From: Octopus vulgaris
Taxonomy: Eukaryota
DNA length: 64,000 nucleotides
Assembly (NCBI GenBank): GCA_951406725.2
Contig: OX597814.1
Coordinates: 191,890,001-191,954,000 of the forward strand
Reading direction: 5' to 3'
The number at the start of each line of letters is the position of its first letter. The first letter of the stretch is position 1. Below the pieces are notes generated by a model. The model was given only the letters and a program-made list of their open reading frames with translations. It was not told the origin of the DNA and searched no databases. The position numbers were made by a program, and so were the translations under genes. This document shows, one piece after another, positions 54,771 to 64,000 of the stretch.

Positions 54771-55228
54771 GAAGTAAAATGTTCCCAATCCGGAAGGCGT
54801 CGAGATGGCAGAATCGTTAGCACACCGGTCGAAGTGCTTAGCAGTATTCCGTTCGTCTTTACGCTCTGAGTTCAAATACTACCGAGGTCGACTTTGCCTT
54901 TCATCCTTTTGGGATCGATAAAATAAGTACCTGTTGCTTACTGAGGTCGATGTAATCTACTTAGCCCCTCCCCCGCACTTGCTGGTCTTGTGCAAAAATT
55001 TGAAACCAAAATGTCTTCTTGAAGGCGTTCATTCTTCCTTATACGTGCCTTTTCCTTATTTAAGATTCTAGTGGGTGATTTAAGGAACATTTAGTTACTA
55101 ATTCTTGGAAGCTGAGCGTTTACTGAAGACAGTTTTCATCTGTGTACATTATTCATGAATGCTGGGAATCGATTTAAAAAACAAAAAAAAAACAATGGGA
55201 ATCCAAAGCTGCGACGTAAATATATATG

Positions 55229-55293
<65 letters not shown>

Positions 55294-55584
55294 ATACATA
55301 TACGTTTCCAGGACATTAACAATTTAGCTGGATTGAAATACTTATATCTAATCGAAACGAGAAATCGAGTTCGGTAATTTTTATCATATACCACTGTTTT
55401 ATTTTCTATTCTGCGTTACGTCAATGATTCTTCAATGAAATAAAACTGCTCTAAGTGTCATTACAGCTATTAAAATGTCTGTAAAACCTGTAATGCACTC
55501 ATGACTTTATCACCTTGATTGCACTGGTTCTCGTCCGATCACCGGAGGTTGAGGAACATCGAAGCTTGTTCGTACTTTAGAAGG

Positions 55585-56345
55585 GTGATCACTGGAGAAA
55601 CCTATCATCAACATGATAGAAAACAGCTGGCGCAGTTGACTTGGTGCTCTCCCGACTGCTGCCTCCTCCAGTGTCTGGTCCCAGTGAGCATCGTCCCTCA
55701 GTAGTCTATGTTTGGTACAGGTTTCTCTGTAGGTCGTGCAGACTTCCCCATTGTGTCTTCGAAGGTCTGACAGTGTGCAGCAGGAGACGCAGAAAGAAGC
55801 GCTTCTGTTGATTAGGGTGCCCAGTGTACACCCACCCTCATGTTTTTCCCAGCCCTCAACGCGTGCTCCTTGCTTGCGTCTGTTCCATCTATCGTGTACC
55901 CAGGTATAGTACACGGGAACCACAACATACAACAGTGTTCGGGCAAACAGATCACATTGGCATAATTTGAAGAAAGCTGTCAAAGGGGTTTCTCGTGGAT
56001 TCAGAACTACGTTTCGAGCATTTTCTTCTGAGAAATATACACGCTGGCCATTTTCAAGATGCCTGCCTGATATCGCTCATGGATTTCGAAGCACAGAATG
56101 CGTCACATTGCATCGTTAGAGGAAATATACCTGCCCAACTTATATTGCTGAATTTCATCTGCCTGCCTGCCCTCCTGTTCAAGTCCCCAAACCGCCATAT
56201 CTGAGCCCTTATTGATGCATTTACATACACATTTAATACTTTTTATAGTTGCATGACTCAATATTAACATGAACCTGCAATGTTTTAGACAGCAATGGGT
56301 TGCAGGGCACGATCAACCTGTTGTCAATTTCCATCCCTTGACCAT
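55585..56345 (-). pseudogene. Degraded Helitron Rep domain and downstream region
   Basis: Frameshifted HVNIESC..KSIKCVCKCINKGSD..DEIQQYKLGRYISSNDAM*RI..HLENGQRVYF..TAFFKLCQCDLFARTLLY..YYTW..LLRDDAHWDQTLEEA..LRQLF. Confidence 0.8.
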
Positions 56346-57132
56346 TAACTTTGAGCTTGGTAGTGTTAAGGTTGATCAAAGGAAAATGAGTCGGTTATTT
56401 CCCTTGGCTAGGAAAACGAATGGATTATTTCCCTTGTCTGTTAAAGAAAAATATATGGATGTGGACCCCTTCTAGGATCCCTACCCATCCAATTATAGAT
56501 TTTTATTAAACTTCAATGAGCTTAGTAACAAACTGGATGTTACTTTAACATGTTTGCAAAGTTTCACGAAAATTCGTTGACAAGTGTAGACATCAACTGA
56601 ACACAAACTGACATCCAAACAGACAACTTGCGTCTATATATGTTTAGATATGTGTGTGTATGTATGCATATGTATATGTAGCTATGTAAGTATGCATGTA
56701 CATACACATATGTGTACGTGTGTACGTGTGTGTGCGCACGCAGTATGGTTACGTGGTAAAGAAGTTCTCTTTATAACCTCGAGGTTCAAGTTTCGATCCT
56801 ACTGCGCGGTGTCTTGGGTTTACGGCATTTTCCACAACCCATACCTTGTTAGCGATAGTGGGTTGGCGGAAAACGTAGATAAGAACGTCAAGTGGATTGT
56901 ACCTGTTATTGGAAAGATGTAACGAAATGAATTTATTACACGCTGTGTCACAGCGAAACTGCTTGCGAATCACGTTATGGGTGCACGTGACAGCGGAATG
57001 CTCAGCCACTTACACGTCAACTCAGGAGCAAGCATTTCAGTTGCACCATCAACCGAATTATCTGCTTCGCCATACTACAGCCACTATGGGTGTGTGTGTT
57101 CGCGCAAAAATGCGCGCGTGCATATATGTGTA

Positions 57133-57172
<40 letters not shown>

Positions 57173-58041
57173 CGTGCATGTGTATACGCGCGCGTGTGTA
57201 TGCGTGTGCGTGTGCGTATGTATGTGCGTGCGTGTGTACATGATATTACATAATATATACTAGAAAGGCGGTGAGTTGGCAGAAATGTTAGCACGCCGGG
57301 CGAAATGCTTAGCAGTATTTCGTCTGCCGCTACGTTCTGAGTTCAAATTCCGCTGAGGTCGACTTTGCCTTTCATCCTTCCGGGGGTCGATAAATTAAAT
57401 ACCAGTTGCGTACAGGGTTCGAGCTAATCATGTGCCCCCCCCCACTCCCCAAAATTTCGGGCCTTGTGCCTAGAGTAGAAATGATATTATATATTAGATT
57501 ATATTGGTCTCAAAATTTGGCAGAGCGACTGAATAAGTTCTTTCACATTGTCTACGCTGCGTTTCGGCTGATTGCTGTTATTCAATATCTGCATTTTTTT
57601 AAAGTGCATTATGAAGTTGTAAAAGCAAAAAGCCTCCTCGGGGCATAATTGACTGATATTTTTCATATCCTAACGGATGGAGAGTTTATTCCGATTGAAT
57701 TGTAGCATGATACAAACATTGAGCAGCAACAATCAGCCGAAACGCTGCGTAGACAATATGAATGAACTTATTAATTTGACTAGACTATGTTAATTAAATA
57801 TATATATATATATATATTAGGTGTGTGTGTGTGTGTGTGTGTGCCTGTCTTTTATCTTTTACTTGTTTCTATCATTGCACTGTAGTCATGCTAGCGTTAC
57901 GCCTTGAAGGGTTTAGTCGAAGAAATTTACTCCAGTACTTTTTTAAGCCTAGTACTTACTATCAGTGTCTTTCATGCTATGTCAAGGGGATGCAAGCAAA
58001 CCAGCACCACAAACACACGCACACACATACACAAACACACT

Positions 58042-58097
<56 letters not shown>

Positions 58098-58928
58098 AGT
58101 ACATAGTTCAAGAACAAGGTGGAGAAAGCAGTACTCGAATGCCAAAGGTGGAATATAATATATGTTAATTTAGTACATATCATGTATTACTTATAACTGT
58201 ATAGAAAGTTTTATTCCATTATTAATTACACTCTGTTCTGTAGTATTCCGTGCCTGTTCTTGAGAAACACTGGATGAGAGTATAATTGACTGCAGTAGCC
58301 CAACATGTGTATGTAAACAACAAACAGAAACCATTGATCATATTGCCTTCATGTGCAGCCTTTTTGCGCCCACAGAGTATCTCAACAGGTATGACAGAAC
58401 GGCAAAGTATATTCACTGTGTAATCTGCAAGGACCTAGATCTGCCCTTGATAAATATAAAAAAAGAACGTGATGGGAATACAAACCACCTCCAGTACTTG
58501 AAAATGATCATATCTCACTCCTTTGGAACTTTACTGTTCAAATAGACAGAAAGATAGATGCAAATAGGCCAGTCATTATACTGAAGGATTTCAGAGAAAA
58601 ATCATACCTCCTCGTCGATATAAATATATGTCAAGACCTACCAAAAACTGAGCTAATATAAAGATCTTGATATTTTCTTATGGTTTGACACACTTTCTAG
58701 AACAATACTCAGTACAAAACCATTAACAATATTCAGTACGAATTCCATCAACATTGCCCATCTTTAAAATTTGTCCGAGGCTTGGCCCCCGAGCCATCCG
58801 TCCATTACAGAAATGTTCGTGTCGTATCACAACACTATGACAGAAATATTTCACCTCAATTGGCTCTGCTCTCTTCAACATCGTGCCAGACACACGTAAA
58901 GGGGGAAAGTGGCTGTGTTATTTTTGTT

Positions 58929-59058
58929 TTAACCCCGCCAAGGAGGTTATGCTTTTGCCGGCGCTGGTTTGGGAAATTGGGCGATTGTCAGCATGCGTGT
59001 ATATGGGTGGAAATGAGCTGCTTGGTGGAGGTCTGCGCTCTCCGAGTGCTTTTCTAGT
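58929..59058 (+). mobile_element. Tiny Helentron-associated (HINE/DINE-like) element
   Basis: Sub-terminal IRs CCCCGCCAAG / CTTGGTGGAGG, 3' hairpin GCGCTC(TCC)GAGTGC, CTAGT end. Confidence 0.55.
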
Positions 59059-59210
59059 CTTGAAATGAAATCAGCATGTCGCTCACATATGCTCGTGATG
59101 CATGTGCCCGGTGTACCATTATCAGACGGGTTGTCATGGTGGGTATACTGGGCTTTGTATATTTTACCCCATTGTCACTTTGATGACATGCACTGCTCTC
59201 TCACTCAATG

Positions 59211-59283
<73 letters not shown>

Positions 59284-59550
59284 TAATAATAATAATAATA
59301 TGATGATGATGATGATGATGATGACTCTTTTACTTGCTTCAGTCATTTGACTGTGACCATGCTGGAGCACCGCCTTTTAGTCGAGCAAATCGTCCCCAGG
59401 ACTTATACTTTGTAAACCTAGTGCTTATTCTATAGGTCTATCTTGCCGAACCGCTAAGTTACGGGGACGTAAACACACCAGCATCGGTTGTCAAGCGATG
59501 TTTGGGGGACAAACACAGATACACAAACATATATACACACACATACATAT

Positions 59551-59932
59551 ATTAATGACGAGCAAAACGCCCCCCGTCCAATGGACGGTGCTGAGTTCTA
59601 AAAACATTTAAACCAAATTTTCTCAAAACAACTTGTCCGACCGTCCCATAGGCCTCCCCTTTCAGAAACACTGGTTTAACCTAAATTTGAGACACCAGCA
59701 AAAGAAAAAATAAAGATAGAGTTTTTTTTCTATTCCAAAGAAAAACGATTTTATTCACTTTATCGATCGCATTCTCACCTGTATTCGATTTTTGTAATTT
59801 TTTCAAGACTTATACACGCCCTGATACCGTTGGTATCTACATATTAAATTTGAGCGCAATCGGATGGAGGATGCTCGAGATCCTAGAAGCCACACACTCA
59901 CAGACAGACAGAACGGATTTTATACAAGATAT
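59551..59932 (-). mobile_element. Short Helitron-like element nested in a SINE
   Basis: Terminal hairpin CCGTCCAATGGACGG; splits the SINE at 59322-60113. Confidence 0.45.
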
Positions 59933-60112
59933 ATATATACATATATATATGACGGGCTTCTTTCAGTTTCCGTCTACCAAATCCACTCACAAGGCTTTGG
60001 TCAGCCCGAGGCTATAGTAGAAGACACTTGCCCAAGGTGCCACGCAGTGGGACTGAACCCGGAGCCATGTGGTTCGCAAGCAAGCTACTCACCACACAGC
60101 TACTCCTACGCC

Positions 60113-60173
<61 letters not shown>

Positions 60174-60394
60174 CAACAACAACAACAACAACAACATTGG
60201 TGCAAGGTGAGCAATTTTGGGGGAGGGGATAAATCGATTATGTCAACCCCAGTGTACAAATGGTCCTCACTTTATCGACCCCGAAAGGAACTGAATAATT
60301 GACAAAGGATAATGATTTCCGATAAATGCTGTGGGGCGGGGTGGGGGCGGGTACTAATTGAATTAATCGATCTCAGTATTGGATAAGAAAATAA

Positions 60395-61372
60395 GAAATA
60401 CCTATTTCTTTACTACCCACAAGGGACAACACACAGGGGGGGGGACAAACAAGGACAGACAGACGGATTAAGTCGATTATATCGAACCCCAGTGCGTAAC
60501 TGGTACTTATTTAATCGACCCCGAAAGGATAACAATTAAAGTTAACTTCGGCGGAATTTGAACTCAGAATGTAGCGGCAGACGAAATACCTATTTCTTTA
60601 CTACCCACAAGGGGCTAAACACAGAGAGGACAAACAAGGACAGACAGACGGATTAAGTCGATTATATCGATCCCAGTGCATAACTGGTACTTATTTAATC
60701 GACCCCGAAAGGATGAAAGGCAAAGTTGATCTCGGCGGAATTTGAACACAGAACGTAGCGGCAGACGAAATACCTATTTCTTTACTACCCACAAGGGGCT
60801 ACACACAGGGGGGGGGGGGACAAACAAGGACAGACAGACGGATTAAGTCGATTATATCGACCCCAGTGCGTAACTGGTACTTATTTAATCGACCCCGAAA
60901 GGATGAAAGGCAAAGTTGATCTCGGCGGAATTCGAACTCAGAACGTAAAGACAGACGAAATACCTATTTCTTTACTACCCACAAGGGGCTAAACACAGAG
61001 AGGACAAACAAGGACAGACAAACGGACTAAGTCGACTATATCGACCCCAGTGCGTAACTGGTACTTATTTAATCGACCCGAAAGGATGAAAGGCAAAGTT
61101 TATCTCGGCGGAATTTGAACACAGAACGTAAAGACAGACGAAATACCTATTTCTTTACTACCCACAACGGTATAAACAAGGACAGACAGACGGATTAAGT
61201 CGATTATATCGCCCCCCCCCCCCAGTGCGTAACTGGTACTTATTTAATCGACCCCGAAAGGATGAAAGGCAAAGTCGATCTCGGCGGAATTTGAACTCAG
61301 AACGAAACGACAGACGAAATACGGCTACGCATTTCGCCCGGCGTGCTAACGTTTCTGCCAGCTCGCCGCCTT
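60395..61372 (-). mobile_element. SINE family B: one head + five tandem body units (dimers at ~14044-14452, 31503-31920, 40045-40456)
   Basis: GAAATAC unit boundaries at 60395, 60583, 60767, 60957, 61140, 61316 (176-190 bp units). Confidence 0.85.
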
Positions 61373-61393
61373 AAAATAAGAAATCCCGCTTAC

Positions 61394-61543
61394 CTTTGTT
61401 TGGCCGTAGTCACCACGGTAACCGTTTTTTGACAAAAGGTCTACAATTTCTTTGAAGCGTAATGTCCCGTTTTTGTCTTTATCAGCTTCATCGAAATCCA
61501 CATTGAATTCCTTTAGTTTTCCCACTGTCCATTCGCTTGCCAT
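61394..61543 (-). CDS. EF-hand Ca2+-binding protein (calmodulin-like, 148 aa), coding exon 1
   Basis: Kozak-like gccATGG at 61543; 50 codons MASEWTVGKLKEFNVDFDEADKDKNGTLRFKEIVDLLSKNGYRGDYGQTK with EF loop DKDKNGTLRFKE; ends at AAG|GTAAGC donor, phase 0. Confidence 0.88.
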
Positions 61544-61632
61544 GGCTTGCTGTTTAGGAATCTTCTTTGCACCGATAACAGCCGAAGAACTTGCTTGCTT
61601 TGGTGGTAAGAATAACACTAATTGTTAAGACA

Positions 61633-61640
61633 ATTTATAT
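61633..61640 (-). promoter_or_regulatory. Candidate TATA box of EF-hand gene
   Basis: ATATAAAT on minus strand ~90 nt upstream of the ATG, with Inr-like TTATTCT ~25 nt downstream. Confidence 0.5.
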
Positions 61641-62634
61641 CGGTAATGAGGTGCTGTGCTGAAGAATTTAGCGGATAGGTGTATAAATATAGAACGACTG
61701 CATATAAGTGAGGGTGTGCGTGTGTGCGTGCGTATGTGTGCGTGTGTGCGCGTGTGCATGCGTGTATATATGTGTGTGTGTGCGTGTGTATAAATGTACT
61801 TGCGTATGTATGTGCACACGTGTGTGTATGTGTGTTTGTGTGTTTAAGTGTGTATATGTACGTGTGTATGCGCGTATGCGAGTGTGCTTGGAGAGAAGGG
61901 GAGAGAGTGAGAGAGTGAGGGAGAGTGAAAGAGACAGTGAGAGAGGGAGAGAGGGAGAGAGAGGGGAGGAAGGGAGAGAGGGAGAGTGAAAGAGAGAGGG
62001 AGAGAGGGAGAGAGAAGGGGGAGACAGTGAGAGAGGGAGAAAGAGAGGGGGAGGGAGGAAGGGAGAGACAGTTATAGAGGGAGAGAGAGGAGAGGGAGGG
62101 AGAGACAGTGAAAGAGAGAGGGGAGAGACAGTGAGAGAGGGGGGAGAGACAGTGAGAGAGGGAGAGAGAGAGAGAAACAAAGATAAACAGAGAAAGAGGG
62201 GTGAGAAATAAAATAGAGAGGAAGCTTGATCAAACAACCCCCCCCACACCTTTCGCTTTTCGCTCTAATTTACCGAAAACTTTGGTGTCGAAACAACAGT
62301 CAGCTGCTGGTTAGTAACGGTAACTTCTCCCTCACCTGGCCACTAAACTTACTAACTCTACGAGAGAGACGGTGAGAGAATGTTGCACATCAGGCGATGC
62401 TACCATATAAGTTCAGCCGCCATCTAACTCTTTTTTTTTTTTTTGGTACTAAACTCTCATATGTCTGCTCTGTCTATTTAAACACACTTTACACTCTATC
62501 TTATCCTCATGATAATAATAATAATAAAAATAATTATGTATATCTTCATAATTTCTCGGGATGGTTTTATTTTTTTTTTTTCAAAATCCACCTAAATAAT
62601 AGACTCTAGAAAGTCGACACTCTTGGCAAAATAC

Positions 62635-63070
62635 GGATCTTTTCGGTTTGAACGGCAGTTTTTAACATAATTTCTAGGTAGCTAAAGAATTTTAAACTTC
62701 GTACACTGGTAGAATGTGTTTATAAAACATCTTTTTCTATTGGCATTATTGAGAAAATTCTATGGTTTGTAAGATATTTTTTTTTTTTTTTTTTTTCAAT
62801 TTCTGCAATTTCAACCAATCAGTGACGTCTATTGAGTTAAAAAAAAAACATTCTGTGCCGTATGAATATGTCCCTCGTTTAAGAAACAGATTGGGTTTAT
62901 TTACATTTGTGAAGAAAAAAGATACCCTTCCCCCACCCTAACCCTAACCCTAACTAACCCTAACCCTAAAAGAGATTGAAATGCAATAGATCGATTCTAG
63001 GGTCATAATTATGGGTGACAATTTCATATGACACCGCTAGAAAAAACTGCCGTTCAAACCGAAAAGATCC
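62635..63070. mobile_element. Second copy of the same MITE, opposite orientation
   Basis: Same TIRs and internal sequence with (CCCTAA)n at ~62936-62968. Confidence 0.85.
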
Positions 63071-63074
63071 CAAA

Positions 63075-63547
63075 TCTTTCCTGTCTAAGCTATAGATTAT
63101 CGTCTGTTGTGACTTTGGGCAACAGACTGTCCAATGAGTTTATGAGTTTGAATTAGTTTGTGTGTGCAAAAAGGAATCAGTCATTTTAAGATTGATCTTT
63201 GGTCTGAAAGAAAAGAATTTTATTTCGTTTTTGGATCTGGTTTGCAAGATTCTTTATACGAGTTCGTGTGTTGAAGCATATTCTGTTGTGTCTGAGGAGA
63301 GTAATTTTCTTTTTGTGCCTTATAATGTGACACACTCACCGGTAAAATTTCCACTTATTTATTGTTTTTATTTTCCTAAAATTTTTGTTGCGTCTTGCAA
63401 CCTTTTCAGTCAAGACTTTTGAAAAGGTTGCAAGACGCAAAGAAAATTTTAGGAAAATAAAAATAAGAAATAAGGGGAAATTTCACCGGGGAGTGTGTCA
63501 CATTATAAGGCACAAAAAGAAAATGACTCTCCCCAGATACAACAAAA
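63075..63547. mobile_element. PLE-like remnant with ~125-bp fold-back
   Basis: 63281-63408 inverted against 63420-63547; HHR-like (C/T)TGAAAA-G-GTTGC(AAGAC)GCAAC-GAAA remnants at the fold. Confidence 0.5.
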
Positions 63548-63576
63548 CAATTTTAAACAGTCGAAAAGAAGGTCAT

Positions 63577-64000
63577 TCCATCCATCCATCCATCCATCCG
63601 TCCGTCCGTCCATCCATCCATCCATCCATCCATCCATCCATCCATCCATCCATCCATCCATCCATCCATCCATCCGCCTATCCGTCCGTCCGTTCATCCA
63701 TCCAGCCATCCATCCAGCCAGCCAGCCATCCAGCCATCCATCCATCCATCCATCCAGCCAGTCAGTCATCCGTCCATCCATCTTTCCATCTATCCCTCCC
63801 TCCCTCCCTCCCTCTACCCATCCATCCATCCAGCCATCCAGCCATCCAGCCATCCAGCCTTCTAGTCAGCCATCCATCCATCCAGCCATCCAGTCAGCCA
63901 GCCAGCCATCCAGCCAGCCATCCATCCATCCATCCAGTCAGTCATCCGTCCAACCATCTTTCCATCTATCCCTCCCTCCCTCCCTCCCTCCCTCTACCCA
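63577..64000. repeat. (CCAT/CCAG/CCCT)n array
   Basis: Seen directly; runs off window end. Confidence 0.9.

Noticed and set aside
62936-62968. (CCCTAA)n as a telomere or fusion site
   Set aside because: Only 4-5 units, internal to a MITE.

Overview
AT-rich, microsatellite-dense eukaryotic DNA; the repeat landscape resembles an octopus/coleoid cephalopod genome (inferred, not verified). The only host gene I can support is a 3-exon, minus-strand, 148-aa calmodulin-sized EF-hand gene (CDS 61543-61394, 41095-41001, 38173-37972) with a 20.3-kb first intron. The rest is mostly mobile DNA: tRNA-derived SINEs (one a 5-unit tandem multimer), Helitron pieces (two head-to-head copies form a 4.5-kb palindrome), MITEs, LINE and mariner fragments, a degenerate tRNA-Glu and many Penelope-like element (PLE) remnants, including a 5.3-kb palindrome with a Neptune-type GIY-YIG endonuclease. 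The PLE-type repeats carry at least six hammerhead ribozyme (HHR) designs. The most striking occurs three times (29927-30068 +, 29154-29295 -, 51064-51206 -): it has a complete HHR core whose strands are joined in a non-circularly permuted order, bridged by a kink-turn helix, with compensatory changes between diverged copies. Nearly all ORFs in the track are microsatellite artefacts. All RNA structures were folded by eye and none is tested.
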